A stretch of DNA of 64,000 nucleotides from an uncultured Deinococcaceae bacterium. GTDB taxonomy: Bacteria > Deinococcota > Deinococci > Deinococcales > Deinococcaceae. Positions within the stretch are counted from its first letter, which is position 1; the number at the start of each line of letters is the position of its first letter. The notes under the pieces were generated by a model, which was not told the DNA's origin, did not search any database, and worked only from the letters and a program-made list of their open reading frames with translations. The position numbers were made by a program, and so were the translations under genes. Where the stretch lies: the NCBI GenBank assembly GCA_964252075.1, contig CAXULY010000020.1:1-64000 (forward strand), written 5' to 3'. Positions 41,967 to 52,701 of this stretch are shown one piece after another.

Positions 41967-42308
41967 AGCCGTCTTGATGTGACCTTCGCCGCCCTCGCCG
42001 ACCCCACCCGGCGCGCCATCCTCGCGCAGCTCACCCAGCAGGAACGCACCGCCGGTGAACTCGCCCAACCCTTCGACATCTCACTCCCCGCCATCTCCCG
42101 CCACCTGCGCGTCCTGCAAGACGCCGCGCTGATCACCGCCGAACAGCGTGGCAAGTACCGCGTGCACCGCCTCAACGGCCCCGCCTTCATGGAGGCGGCC
42201 CAGTGGCTCGACGCCTACCGAGGGTTCTGGAGCGACGGCCTGGACTGGCTCGAAGCCCACCTTAACCGCAAAGGAGCAGCCACCGATGGCACCCCGGACC
42301 ACACCTGA
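41964..42308 (+). CDS. ArsR/SmtB family regulator
   Basis: FAALADPTRRAIL, ISLPAISRHLRVL. Confidence 0.93.
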   Translation: MSRLDVTFAALADPTRRAILAQLTQQERTAGELAQPFDISLPAISRHLRVLQDAALITAEQRGKYRVHRLNGPAFMEAAQWLDAYRGFWSDGLDWLEAHLNRKGAATDGTPDHT

Positions 42309-42765
42309 ACCCACCCCCGCGGCCGCCCAGGACACCAACGCCTTCGAGATCACCCGCCATTTCGCCGTCCCAGCCGAAATGCTCTTCGATGCCTGGGTCG
42401 GCCCCGAGTGGGCCCAGTGGCTGCCGTACCCACAGGCGGTCATCGAAATCAACCAGATCGACACCAGAACAGGGGGCCGTTACGACCTGACGGCCCGCCT
42501 CCCGGGAGGACCAACGCTGACGCTGTCCGGAACGTACCTCGAAGTGTCCCGCCCCACGAAACTGGTGTTCACCTGGCACTCCAGCCTCTCCCCGCACGAT
42601 TCGTTGGTCAGCGTCACGCTGCGCCCCAGCGGTGAGGGCACGCTCCTGACCCTGCGCCACGAGCACCTCCCCATTCCGGACCTGTTGACCAACCACCGGA
42701 GCGGCTGGCTGAGCGCCCTCGACCGGCTGCGGACCCGGATGCCGCCCACCCAGCGCCACCCATAA
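42286..42765 (+). CDS. SRPBCC/AHA1 domain protein
   Basis: FEITRHF...LFDAW, IDTRTGGRY, GTYLEV..PTKLVFTW, GWLSALDRL; SD AAGGAG. Confidence 0.9.
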   Translation: MAPRTTPEPTPAAAQDTNAFEITRHFAVPAEMLFDAWVGPEWAQWLPYPQAVIEINQIDTRTGGRYDLTARLPGGPTLTLSGTYLEVSRPTKLVFTWHSSLSPHDSLVSVTLRPSGEGTLLTLRHEHLPIPDLLTNHRSGWLSALDRLRTRMPPTQRHP

Positions 42766-42911
42766 CCCATCACCTCGGCCAGACGGCGCCTCACCTTCAC
42801 CCTGGTCCGCCGCCAGACCACCTCCGGAACGCACAACGACGTCCACGCCACCACTCAGGTGCGCGTGGCACAGGGCCCTGTTGCCACCCCTTCCCCATCA
42901 AGGAGACGATC

Positions 42912-43727
42912 ATGCGCACCCCCACGGACCGCAGCACCACCGTCTTGATCACCGGCGCTGCCGGCACCCTTGGGCAGTTGCTCATCCCGCTGCTGCTGGA
43001 AGCTGGGGCGGACGTGCGCGCCCTCAGCCGGCGGGGCGGCGCGGACCGTCCGCACCTCACCTGGACGAAAGGAGACGTGACCCATGCGGCCACCCTGCGC
43101 CGTGCACTGGAGGGCGTTGATGTGGTCGTGCACCTCGCCTCCAACGCCCAGAAGGCCGGGGCGGACCTGACGATGGGACGGGCCCTGGTGGCCGCCGCGC
43201 GCGACGCTGAAGTTCAGCGGCTGGTGTACATGAGCATCGTCTCGCTGGAAGGCATGCCGGGCGCCGCCTACTGCCGGGAGAAGCTCGCGGTGGAACGGCT
43301 GATCGAGGAAAGTCAGCGGCCGTACACCATCGTGCGAGCCACCCAGTTTCACGAACTGGTGGCGCAGATCATCGGAATGCTCACCCTCGGGCCGGTGAGC
43401 CTGGTGCCGACGGGGGTTTCGCTGCAACCGGTGGACGGCCGCGCGGTGGCCCGGCGGCTGGCTGAACTCACGCTGGGTGAGGCGGCGGGACGGGTTCAGG
43501 ACCTGTGCGGGCCGGAAGTCCTGGCGGTGGAACAGCTGGCCCGGATCCATCACCACGCGCGGCATGTCCGGAAGTCCGTCCTGAGCGTGCCCATGCCGCT
43601 GCCCCTCTTCAACGCATGGCAAAAGGGCGCGGCGTTGCCTGGCGATGCGCAGCGAGTGGGACGGTCCTGGCAGGCCTGGTGCGAGTCCACGCCATCACCC
43701 AGCCCGACGCGACCGCGACACGCCTGA
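42912..43727 (+). CDS. NAD(P)-binding atypical SDR/NmrA-like oxidoreductase
   Basis: VLITGAAGTLG, YCREK, IVRATQFHE; SD AAGGAG. Confidence 0.88.
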   Translation: MRTPTDRSTTVLITGAAGTLGQLLIPLLLEAGADVRALSRRGGADRPHLTWTKGDVTHAATLRRALEGVDVVVHLASNAQKAGADLTMGRALVAAARDAEVQRLVYMSIVSLEGMPGAAYCREKLAVERLIEESQRPYTIVRATQFHELVAQIIGMLTLGPVSLVPTGVSLQPVDGRAVARRLAELTLGEAAGRVQDLCGPEVLAVEQLARIHHHARHVRKSVLSVPMPLPLFNAWQKGAALPGDAQRVGRSWQAWCESTPSPSPTRPRHA

Positions 43728-43801
43728 ACACGCGGCAGGGGCGGACGCGGAGGACATTCATCCGTTGAAGAGGGGAATGGTCCGGCTGACCCTAGGTTGA
43801 G

Positions 43802-43844
43802 CAGCTGGAGCGCGGCGTTCGCCGAGGCCTCCGCGCTCCAGCTG
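43802..43844. repeat. 14-bp perfect inverted repeat between convergent genes
   Basis: cagctggagcgcgg-N15-ccgcgctccagctg. Confidence 0.6.
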
Positions 43845-44094
43845 GGCAGCCGGGACACGAATGGGGCTTCCCCGAAGCCCTCAGATCTCCTCGACTGCCC
43901 GGAGCTGGACCTGGTCCGCGCGGCGCTCACGTTCCTCGCGAACCCTGCCAGCTGAGACACGGGTGAGCGCTTCAAGCACGACCACCCCAGTCGCACTGTG
44001 CGGGAGGGCCGTCAGCACACCCACGACGCCCTGACGGCCCTCGAACGCACCGCCCGGTGATCTGGGCCTTCAGGCGCAAGCGCACCTGAGCCGG

Positions 44095-44676
44095 TCACGG
44101 CTGGGCGGCGAGTCCCGCAATGAGCAGGTTCACCATGCGGCGGGCATCGAAGGCGGCATCCGCGCCGGCCCCCGCGCACAGGCTGCCCACGGCGCGCAGC
44201 AGGTCCTGGGCGGGAATGTCGGTGTTGATCTCGGCCGCTTCGGTGGCCGCGTGCAGGAGTTGAGCGCACACCGGCACGAGGCGCTCGAGGAAGTAGTGGA
44301 TCAGGGTGTCGAAGCCGCCCTTGTCGGATTGCAGCACGGCTGCCAGCCCGTGCTTGGTGATCAAAAAGTCGACGAAGAGGTCAATCCACTGGGTGAGGGC
44401 GGCGTGCGGGCTCGCGCTGCGTTGCAGCAGGGCTGGACCTGCCTCGGCGCAGGCCTCGACCTGGTAGCGGTACACCGCGATGATGAGGTCGGCGCGGGTA
44501 GGGAAGTGTCGGTAGAGGGTGCCCATGCCCACGCCCGCTTTGGCGGCGATGTCGCGCACCGGGACATCCACGCCTGAGGTGACGAACAGTTCGGCGGCCG
44601 TGGCGATCAGGTGTTGTTCGTTGCGGTGGGCGTCGGTGCGCCTGCGGCGGTTGGTGGGCTTGGGGGTGTCGTTCAT
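44095..44676 (-). CDS. TetR family regulator
   Basis: RTDAHRN, VPVRDIAAKAGVGMGTLYRHFPTR. Confidence 0.93.
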   Translation of the reverse strand: MNDTPKPTNRRRRTDAHRNEQHLIATAAELFVTSGVDVPVRDIAAKAGVGMGTLYRHFPTRADLIIAVYRYQVEACAEAGPALLQRSASPHAALTQWIDLFVDFLITKHGLAAVLQSDKGGFDTLIHYFLERLVPVCAQLLHAATEAAEINTDIPAQDLLRAVGSLCAGAGADAAFDARRMVNLLIAGLAAQP

Positions 44677-44714
44677 GGCTTCTTTCATTCGGCGGTGCTG
44701 CCGACGCAGGTCAC

Positions 44715-44759
44715 TTGACAAACGGAGCATTGCTCCGTAATTTAGTGGAGCGCCGCTCC
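44715..44759 (+). promoter_or_regulatory. Promoter with tandem TetR operators
   Basis: TTGACA-N17-TAATTT; acggagc-att-gctccgt (44722-44738) and ggagc-gcc-gctcc (44747-44759). Confidence 0.8.
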
Positions 44760-44808
44760 GGATCATGCTACCGCAGCAGCGACACTACCGGCAAGACGGA
44801 GATCACCC

Positions 44809-45831
44809 ATGCACTACCGAACCCTCGGCCGCACCGGCGTCCAGGTCAGCACGCTGTCCCTCGGCGCCATGAATTTCGGCCAGATCGGCCGCACCACCCA
44901 GGCCGAAGCCACCGCCATGGTGGACGCCGCCCTCGACGCAGGCATCAATCTGATCGACACCGCCGACGCCTACCGCGACTCCGAAGACCTCGTCGGCAAG
45001 GCCATCGTCGGACGCCGCGACGACCTCATCCTTGCCACCAAAGTCACCCTCCCGACCAGCGACGAACGCAACCATCAGGGCAGCTCCCGCCGTTGGATCT
45101 ATACGCAGATTGACCACAGCCTGCGCCGCCTCGGCGTCGATCACATCGACCTCTACCAGATCCACCGCTGGGACCCCACCACCAGCGACGAAGAGACCCT
45201 GTCGGCGCTCACCGACCTGCAGCGCGCTGGCAAAATCCGGTACTTCGGGTCCTCGACCTTCCCTGCCCACCGCATCGTGCAGGCACAATGGGCGGCGCAA
45301 GCCAACCACCTGAGCCGTTACGTGACCGAGCAGCCCGGCTATTCCATCCTCCAACGCGCGGCCGAGACGCACGTTCTGCCCGTCACCGAGCAGTACGGCA
45401 TGGGCGTGCTGGTGTGGAGCCCCCTCGCGTCCGGCTGGCTGACCGGCGCCATCCGCGCGGGCCAGGCCGTCACCACCAACCGCTCGACCTTCATGCCGCA
45501 GCGCTTCGACCTGACCATGCCCTCGAACCGCGCCAAGCTCGACGCCGTTGAACAGCTGGCGCACATCGCGGACGAAGCGGGACTCACCCTGATCCAGCTC
45601 GCCCTCGGCTTCGTGAATGCACACCCGGCCGTCACGAGCGCGCTCATCGGCCCGCGCACCATGGCGCACCTGCACAGCCAGCTCGCCGCGGCGGATACGG
45701 TGCTGTCGAACGATGTCCTTGACGCCATCGACCAGGTGGTCGCACCCGGCACGGACCTCGCGCCTGAAGAGAAGCACGACGCGCCGCCCTCCCTGCTCCA
45801 CGCAGCGCTGCGCCGCCGAACAGGCGCCTGA
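44809..45831 (+). CDS. Aldo/keto reductase
   Basis: YRTLGRTGVQVS, IDTADAY, LATK, IDLYQIH, WSPLASG. Confidence 0.95.
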   Translation: MHYRTLGRTGVQVSTLSLGAMNFGQIGRTTQAEATAMVDAALDAGINLIDTADAYRDSEDLVGKAIVGRRDDLILATKVTLPTSDERNHQGSSRRWIYTQIDHSLRRLGVDHIDLYQIHRWDPTTSDEETLSALTDLQRAGKIRYFGSSTFPAHRIVQAQWAAQANHLSRYVTEQPGYSILQRAAETHVLPVTEQYGMGVLVWSPLASGWLTGAIRAGQAVTTNRSTFMPQRFDLTMPSNRAKLDAVEQLAHIADEAGLTLIQLALGFVNAHPAVTSALIGPRTMAHLHSQLAAADTVLSNDVLDAIDQVVAPGTDLAPEEKHDAPPSLLHAALRRRTGA

Positions 45832-46676
45832 ACCTGGCCGACGGGCAGCACCACGCCCTTCGCGGAGGCATCAATGGGCGGTGCGGGAAGCGCCGCGCTA
45901 CCCCCCTGCTCGGCAGCTTGGCGTATCGCGTCAGCCTTCAGGGCTGATCCACCAGAACGAGATCTGACCCCGCACCACGCCCATCGCAACGGCGCTCGTG
46001 CATCACTATGACCGCCGCCGGGCCGCCTCGCGTTCGTGGACCTGGGGTGTTGGTTGTACGGCCGGGGAACGGGGTGCGGCTGGTGGATTCGCGGGGCGCG
46101 ATGTGCGGTGCGCTCCCAAAGCGCGAGCGCTGCCAAGCGACACCATTCCCTGTCTGCGGTGACCTACGGGGTTCGAATCCGTCCTGCAGGCGCCACGAGC
46201 CCGCGCTCTGCCGCGACACCAAGGCCAACGAGATCATTGTCGCGGCCCGTCCCGCGCGGCACGGCGGACATGCGGCGTGCGCCATCTGATCCAGCACACA
46301 TGTGGCGCACACCACCCGGCTCCCTCGGAAAGCAAGCGGTGAGGGGCGCTCGCAACGGCGCCATGGAACGCGCTGCCCTGACGTTCTCCTCGAACGTCTG
46401 CGAATCTGCTGGGGCGACAATGGCTGAAGGTCGATCCCTCACCAGTCGTTAAGTGGAGATCGACCACGGCCACTGCATGTTGGGCTTCAAGATCGCGAAG
46501 TACAGTGTCCCCACGGCTCCTGCTGGTGCATTGGGCGGTGCCATCACCGCTTCGGATCAAGCCACGGATGTCGTCGTCACGGTCAAGACTGCCCAGCACA
46601 CCTTTGTAAACGGCCGGGAACGACCGCTGTATGTATGCGCGGGGCGCAACGCCCTGGGCGCACCTGAGGAGAAGAC

Positions 46677-47030
46677 ATGAGGAGACTGCTGATCCCGCCT
46701 GCCCTCGCCCTGACGCTCGCCGCCTGTGGCGCCCAGACCCCCACGCTCAATGTCGCCGGTGGCTGGACGGGCACCATCCAGTACTACGGTCTCACCGCCC
46801 CCGCAACGCTCCAGCTCACCCAGGCGGCCAACTCCGACACCCTGAGCGGCACGATCACCAGGAGCGGCGACTCCTTCCCGGTGACCGGCAAGGTCAGCAC
46901 GGGCGTCCTCGCCTTCAACGACGGCTTCTTCACCCAGACGCTCACCGGCACCTTCACCGCCACGACATACCAGGGGACCATCGCGTACGAGGACCAGACC
47001 GGGCCCTTCAGCTTCTCCAGAACCCAGTAA
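46677..47030 (+). CDS. Small beta-rich lipoprotein
   Basis: LALTLAAC lipobox; VAGGWTG; SD GAGGAG. Confidence 0.85.
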   Translation: MRRLLIPPALALTLAACGAQTPTLNVAGGWTGTIQYYGLTAPATLQLTQAANSDTLSGTITRSGDSFPVTGKVSTGVLAFNDGFFTQTLTGTFTATTYQGTIAYEDQTGPFSFSRTQ

Positions 47031-47073
47031 CGTCGCGGTTGACCTGATGGGCCCATGCGCCCGAGGAGAAGAC

Positions 47074-47478
47074 ATGAAGCAGCTGCTGATCCTGCCCGCA
47101 CTCGCACTCACGCTCGCCGCCTGTGGCTCCACCTCCACCCCATCCGGAACCGCCCCCATCTCCATCGCGGGGACCTGGAGTGGACCCTACCGGGCTCAGG
47201 ATGAGGCGGACGCGTTCCGGTTCGTCTTCACGCAGACGGGCAGCACCATCAACGGTGAGGCCTACGTCGGGGCGGCCGGCGCAGCACCTTCGACGTTCCA
47301 CGACATCGGCGCGATCTATGGCACGCTCAACGGCAGTAACCTGAACTTCATCATCTCCGACAAGTACGTGCTGAACGGGACGGTCGGCAACAACGGCAAC
47401 AGCTACGTCGGCACGGTGGTCTACCTGCCCGGCACGCCCTCCGTCGACTCCGGAACGTTCAGCGTCACCCGGCAATGA
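47074..47478 (+). CDS. Small beta-rich lipoprotein, paralog of 46677-47030
   Basis: Same leader GAGGAGAAGACATGA, LALTLAAC, IAGTWSG, FS.TRQ end. Confidence 0.85.
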   Translation: MKQLLILPALALTLAACGSTSTPSGTAPISIAGTWSGPYRAQDEADAFRFVFTQTGSTINGEAYVGAAGAAPSTFHDIGAIYGTLNGSNLNFIISDKYVLNGTVGNNGNSYVGTVVYLPGTPSVDSGTFSVTRQ

Positions 47479-47765
47479 GCCTTCACCCATGGATCAGGCC
47501 GCTTGTCGCTCACCCGCACCAGCAAAGGGTGAGCTCAACAGATCCGGCAGGCGGTGACAACTCACCCGCAGCAGCCCTTCAGCGGGCAACGTGATGACCG
47601 ACATCACGATGGACCGCGGCCCACAAACGACGCGACGGCCATCACTGGTGCCTTCAACTTGACCGAAAGCAGGTCAGGCAGTCCTCCGGCCTGACCACCC
47701 GACGGTGATGCGCACCGCAGCCTCATTCCCCACCCACACTGCACGCCGCGACCGTAGAGTTCACC

Positions 47766-48320
47766 ATGCCCAACAACGAGTACGCCGAACTCCTCGAGCA
47801 GAACGCCCAGATCAACATCCTCCTCAAAGAACAGGCGGAACGTGGCCTCACCACCCTCCACCGCCCACTCGAGCAGGTCGGCCTGCTGCTCGCCCGGCCT
47901 GCCTTCATTGTCACGGCCCTCGTCCTCTTCTTCGCGTGGATCGTCCTGAACCTTGACCTCAACTGGACCACGCACAAACCCTGGGACGCCCCGCCGTTCT
48001 ACTGGCTGCAGGGCCTCATCGGCCTGCTGAGCCTGGTCTTCACCGCCACGGTGCTGGTCGCGCAGGCCCGGCAGGGGCAGATTGCCGAGCAGCGCTCGCA
48101 ACTTCAGCTTCAGCTGATTCTGCTGACCGAGCAGCGCAGCGCCAAGCTCATCGGGTTGATTGAGGAACTGCGACGGGACATGCCGGACGTGAGAAACCGG
48201 CATGACGCAGAGGCCCACTCCCTTCAACGGGCCAGCGAGCCGGAAGCCATCCTTGAGGCCCTCTCGACCCTGGAAGAGGGCGGGCCGACCAGCCTGCCCG
48301 ATCAAGGAGGAGACCCGTGA
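47766..48320 (+). CDS. DUF1003 domain membrane protein
   Basis: WIVLN...WDAPPFYWLQG...VLVAQAR; leaderless TAGAGT-N5-ATG. Confidence 0.85.
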   Translation: MPNNEYAELLEQNAQINILLKEQAERGLTTLHRPLEQVGLLLARPAFIVTALVLFFAWIVLNLDLNWTTHKPWDAPPFYWLQGLIGLLSLVFTATVLVAQARQGQIAEQRSQLQLQLILLTEQRSAKLIGLIEELRRDMPDVRNRHDAEAHSLQRASEPEAILEALSTLEEGGPTSLPDQGGDP

Positions 48321-48832
48321 CGCGCCCGCTAACCGTTTCCGCCGCGGGTGTCCACAGTGTGATTCCTGAATCCGGAGGTGCTGGACCACGGCGCGGACCG
48401 GTCCTCGTCGGGCCGGGAGCACGACCCATCGGTCCACTGACCAGGGTGTGGCTGCTGTGCGGCTGCTTGGGACTCGGCGATCCGTCGTGCGGCACCCGTC
48501 GCCAGTTCGAGGACCAATGCCTGAAGGCGCCGCTGCTCAGCGACTGTCTGGGGGCGCAGCGGTGGCCGTTCGCTTGTCGCTGCGGCGCCTGGGCTTCAGA
48601 GGGCGCAGCCGGGATCGAGGGGAAACGGGCGGCTGCCGTGGGTGGGCCATGTGGGTGCGGTACCGGCTCGGCGAGGCGAGACACGATGTCGCGGTACCTG
48701 CGGCGCTCAACGTCTGCGGCGCCGATCAGCGCCCGCGCGTCCTCCACGCCCTTCACGCCATCCACCCAGGGCAGCGAGGTGCGGAGGGAGGCGCGGTGCG
48801 CCTTTGAGCGGAAGACGCCCAGGCTGATCCAT

Positions 48833-51800
48833 TCAGGGGGCGGGGTTGGTCGACACACGTGGTCCGGAAGCCCTTCGACGGGCGTGGCCCTGGAGGAACC
48901 GTCGTTTCCACTCCGGGTCGGGCTCAAGGGTGGCCGCCAGGGCGCGCAGCTGCGCCTCGGCCTTTCGGCGCGCTTGCGCGGCCTCCTGGGGGCGCCCATG
49001 TTCCTCGAAGGCGTGAACCAGCGCCCAGCGCAACTCCAGTCCCTCAAGCGCCGGAACGTCCGTGCCCTCCAGCCACGTCTGCGCGTCCCGGATGGCCTCG
49101 ACGCTCAGCAGGCCCGCGGTGTGGAGCGCCTCGAGTCGGAGGGTCAGGGAACGGGCCCGCAGGTGCAGCACTTCATCCGGGCGCGCCGTTGCGTCCAGCG
49201 CGGGCCCCGGCTGCCCGAGGCGCAATTGCACGTCCGCCAGCGTCAGGGTCAGATCCCGCTGCTCCGCGAAATACATCAGGTGCCCCAGCGCCTGCGCCCG
49301 CTTCAGGTGCTCCATCGCGACTTCCAGGTCACCGCGCTGCAGTGCGCAGCGGGCCAGGCCAGTCTCCAGGACTGGGATCTGTGACCGCAGGGCATCGTGA
49401 GGCATGCTGACCAGGGCCCGCTGGAAGTGGGCGGCGGCTCCCTCCGCGTCCCCGAGGGCCAGTTGGGTCAGTGCCTCGTATCGGCGGGCCACCAGGAGCA
49501 TCTCCTGCGAGCCGTGACGCTCGGCCGCGGTCGTCGCCGCCCTCGCGACCTTCAGGCTTTCCCCCAGCGCTCCACCCTGTTGCAGCGCCCGCGCGCGGTA
49601 CATCTCAAGGCCCACCGCGCAACCCCGGTTGCGAATGCCCGCGTTGAGTTCGACCGCCGCCCTGTACCGCTCCAGGCTCCGCCTGAACAGGCCCCGTTGC
49701 GAGTCCAGCCACATCATCGAGTACACCGCGAGGAGCGCCCTGGAACGGTCCCCAATCTCCTCTGCGGTGCTCAGGGCCTGTTGCAGGGCATCGTGCGCTG
49801 TGGCGTACTCGCCCAGGGCAATCCCAACGCGACCGATGCCGGTCAGGGCGCTGGCCTCGCCCCCCCGGTCACCCGCCACGCGGTAGCCTTCCAGACTGGC
49901 CCTGTTGTGCGCCTGGGCCAGCAGGAAATCGCCGCGAATCATGGCGCAGATCCGGCCGCCGGCGTGGGCGTCCGCCTTCAGCGATGGCGGTGCGGCGTCG
50001 AGGGCCGTGACCTGGCCGAACCAGGCTTCGGCCGGCCCGATCTCATCCAGACGCAGCAGGGCTTCTGCGCCGCTGGACAGCGCGCGCGCGCGGGTGATGG
50101 GAGACAGGGCCGGATGGTCCAGCAGCTCCCTGGACAGGCGGGCCGCTTCTGCGAATTGAAACAGGTCGTTGAGCCAGGCCAGCCGCCTCAACCCGGCCTC
50201 AAGGATTAGCGCCGGCTGGTTCAGGGACGTGGCCAGGGACGTCAGGGTTTCCAGCGTTTCACCACGCTGACCGGCGTCCCCCAGCAGCCGGAACACGGTC
50301 TCGCGTTCCAGGTGAATGGCAAACGCGTCCTGACCGCTGACGCCATCGGCGAGGGCCGATTCGTACTGCGCCAGGGCCTCGGCGTGGGCATACACCTGCG
50401 CCGCGTCTTGCGCGGCCCTGACACGCCAGGGCGCGGCCTGCGTCCGCTGCCCGGCCGCCTCGAGGTGCCGGGCGATGCGGCTGGCGGTCGCCCCAGCGCG
50501 CTCCAGGCGCTCGGCCAGCCGCCGGTGAATCAGCCGGCTGCGCTCCGGGCCGAGGCCTTGCAGCATCACCCGCCGGACCAGGTCGTGCGAGAAGCCGTAG
50601 CCCTGGGCGCTCCGCCGGGTGAGCAGACCGGCCTCCAGGAGCCGCTCCAGGGCCTCCACGGCCTCCCATTCGGACAACGAGAGCGCGGGCATGAGGTCGT
50701 CCAGGCTGAAGCCCTCATCGGACAGGCTGGCGGCTTCCAGCAGGCGCCGGGCGGAGGGTCCGTGGTGGCTCACCCGCTGCACAATGGCGTCCCGGACGCT
50801 GTCCGGCAGGGGCAGTTCGGAGTGGTCGGTGGTGGACGCATCGAACGGTGTGCTCCACCGCCCATCTGCGCCCTGATGAAGCACCTGCAGCTCGAACAAA
50901 TGCCGCAGGCTTTCCAGCAGGTACAGTGGATTGCCGGATGTGGCGGTCAACAGCCGTGTCGCAAAGTGGTGGCCGGCGTCACTGCCCGACAGCATCTGGA
51001 TCAGGGTCAGCACGTCGGGAGCACGCAGGCCCTCCAGGGGCATCCGGTGGAGCGCGCCTGCTCGGTCCAGGGTCGCCAGCGCCGCCGAGAGGGTGGCCTG
51101 ACCGGCCAGTTCCTGGGGACGGGCCGTGGCGATCAGGCGCGGGCGCTGCGCGAGGGACTGCCGCACCAGATGCATCAACAGCTCCACCGTCATCGGGTCG
51201 GCCCAGTGAAGGTCGTCGAAGACCAGCACGCCTTGCGGCCCCACCACCCACATCAGGGCCTGGGCCACCCCGCTCAGGAAGCGGGCGCGCCCGTCCGCTG
51301 GGAGCATGTCGGGCGGCGACGGGGCCAGCTCGGGGACCAGCCGGGCCACCTCCGCCCGCCATGGGGGATTCAGCGTGGCCATCCGTTCGGCGGTCTTGGG
51401 ATTCGCCAGGGCCGTTCTCAGGGCCTCGGCCACCGGATACAGGGGCGTGCCGAGCGAGATTTCAAAGGCGCGCAGGTGAAGCGACGTCCCGAAGGTCGTG
51501 GCGAAGGCTTCGGCGAGGCGGCTCTTCCCGATGCCCGGCTCTCCGGTCACGAGGGTGAGCGCAGCAGTGGCGCGCTGGAGTGCGGTCCATTCGGCGCGGC
51601 GCCCGATCAGCGGCAGGCCCGGGACGCGCGGGAGGTGACGGGTGGGCGCCGCCGTGTCCGGACTGGCCGCCATGGGCTCCCGCAGGGTGCGGGTCAGCGC
51701 TTGCGTTTCCGGAAGGGGCTGCAGGCCCAGTTCGTTGTTCAGAAGCTGTGCGTAGGCTTCGTAGCGCCTGAGCCCCTCGGCGCGCTCACCCAGGAGCAGG

Positions 51801-52378
51801 TGGAGGCGAATGGCTTCGCGCTGGTGAACTTCCTGGAATTCGTCGTCTTCCAGCAACTGGAGCTGGACTTTCAGGGCGCCGCGCGCGTCGCCCTGACGCT
51901 CAAGCTGGGCCCCGTGACGCTGCAGGGCGTCTTTCCACATGGTGCGCAGGTCCTCACGCCGTCGGGTCAGCCAGTCCTCGAAGCCCCCGGCTCCACCCAG
52001 CTCGAACTGGGTCATCAGCGGCCCGCCGTACAGCGCGAGGGCCTCCGGAAGATCGGTGTGCGCAAGGTGCTGCTGGAACCTCGCCACGTCTGTCTGGAAG
52101 GCGAGGTTCAGGGCGACACTGTGAGGCTGGGCGTCAATCCACGGCGCGAGGGCCGAGCGTTGCAGCCGCCACAGCTCCTGCCGCAGGTTGCGCCGCGCGT
52201 CACGCTCACCCAGGTCGCTCCACAGCAGGTCCGCCAGCTGGTGGCGGTTGGTGCTCCCTTCCAGCGCCAGATAAGCGATGAGGGCCATTCCCTTGCGCAC
52301 GCTGGGCGTGATGTCGCGGCCACCCAGCCGGACCGTCGGCATCCCCAGCAGCCTGATTTCGAGTTCCCCTGGCGGCAT
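48833..52378 (-). CDS. SARP-family (wHTH+BTAD) STAND ATPase transcriptional regulator with TPR sensor
   Basis: LLG.P...ALIAYLAL..LADLLW..ARRNLRQEL; BTAD; GEPGIGKS; VFDDLHWAD; GNPLYL; FSHDLVR; C-terminal TPR-like repeats. Confidence 0.93.
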   Translation of the reverse strand: MPPGELEIRLLGMPTVRLGGRDITPSVRKGMALIAYLALEGSTNRHQLADLLWSDLGERDARRNLRQELWRLQRSALAPWIDAQPHSVALNLAFQTDVARFQQHLAHTDLPEALALYGGPLMTQFELGGAGGFEDWLTRRREDLRTMWKDALQRHGAQLERQGDARGALKVQLQLLEDDEFQEVHQREAIRLHLLLGERAEGLRRYEAYAQLLNNELGLQPLPETQALTRTLREPMAASPDTAAPTRHLPRVPGLPLIGRRAEWTALQRATAALTLVTGEPGIGKSRLAEAFATTFGTSLHLRAFEISLGTPLYPVAEALRTALANPKTAERMATLNPPWRAEVARLVPELAPSPPDMLPADGRARFLSGVAQALMWVVGPQGVLVFDDLHWADPMTVELLMHLVRQSLAQRPRLIATARPQELAGQATLSAALATLDRAGALHRMPLEGLRAPDVLTLIQMLSGSDAGHHFATRLLTATSGNPLYLLESLRHLFELQVLHQGADGRWSTPFDASTTDHSELPLPDSVRDAIVQRVSHHGPSARRLLEAASLSDEGFSLDDLMPALSLSEWEAVEALERLLEAGLLTRRSAQGYGFSHDLVRRVMLQGLGPERSRLIHRRLAERLERAGATASRIARHLEAAGQRTQAAPWRVRAAQDAAQVYAHAEALAQYESALADGVSGQDAFAIHLERETVFRLLGDAGQRGETLETLTSLATSLNQPALILEAGLRRLAWLNDLFQFAEAARLSRELLDHPALSPITRARALSSGAEALLRLDEIGPAEAWFGQVTALDAAPPSLKADAHAGGRICAMIRGDFLLAQAHNRASLEGYRVAGDRGGEASALTGIGRVGIALGEYATAHDALQQALSTAEEIGDRSRALLAVYSMMWLDSQRGLFRRSLERYRAAVELNAGIRNRGCAVGLEMYRARALQQGGALGESLKVARAATTAAERHGSQEMLLVARRYEALTQLALGDAEGAAAHFQRALVSMPHDALRSQIPVLETGLARCALQRGDLEVAMEHLKRAQALGHLMYFAEQRDLTLTLADVQLRLGQPGPALDATARPDEVLHLRARSLTLRLEALHTAGLLSVEAIRDAQTWLEGTDVPALEGLELRWALVHAFEEHGRPQEAAQARRKAEAQLRALAATLEPDPEWKRRFLQGHARRRASGPRVSTNPAP

Positions 52379-52596
52379 GTGACCCTCACGTCAGTATGGC
52401 CCAATCACCCTGCACCGAAGCCCACGTTTAGGCTTATCTCGCCACGAATGGGCGAAGGGCAGCCGGCGGTCAACGGCCTCGGTTCATTCGTCGCCCCGGC
52501 CTTCTGCCCAGACGGATGTCGTCCAAAGTCCCTGAGCGTTCTCGACCCCTCTGCAGGGTTTCTTATTGGTCCCCGCAGGCCTGTGGGCGCACGCCA

Positions 52597-52650
52597 GTGA
52601 CGCCGCGGCCTGGGGCGGTGACGCCGGGGTGACGGCGTGATGTCTACGCT
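52597..52650 (+). promoter_or_regulatory. SARP-type direct-repeat binding site and -10 element
   Basis: GTGACGCC (52597), GTGACGCC (52618), GTGACGGC (52629), then 8 nt and TACGCT (52645); no consensus -35. Confidence 0.7.
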
Positions 52651-52701
52651 CCTTGCAGCTTCGGGGCTGAATGTCGGCCCCCTACCCGCAAGGAGTGACC
52701 C

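Noticed and set aside
46166..46195. ggggttcgaatcc...cgcca as a second tRNA fragment
   Set aside because: The T-stem does not pair properly and spacing to CCA is off; it lies within a degraded ORF.
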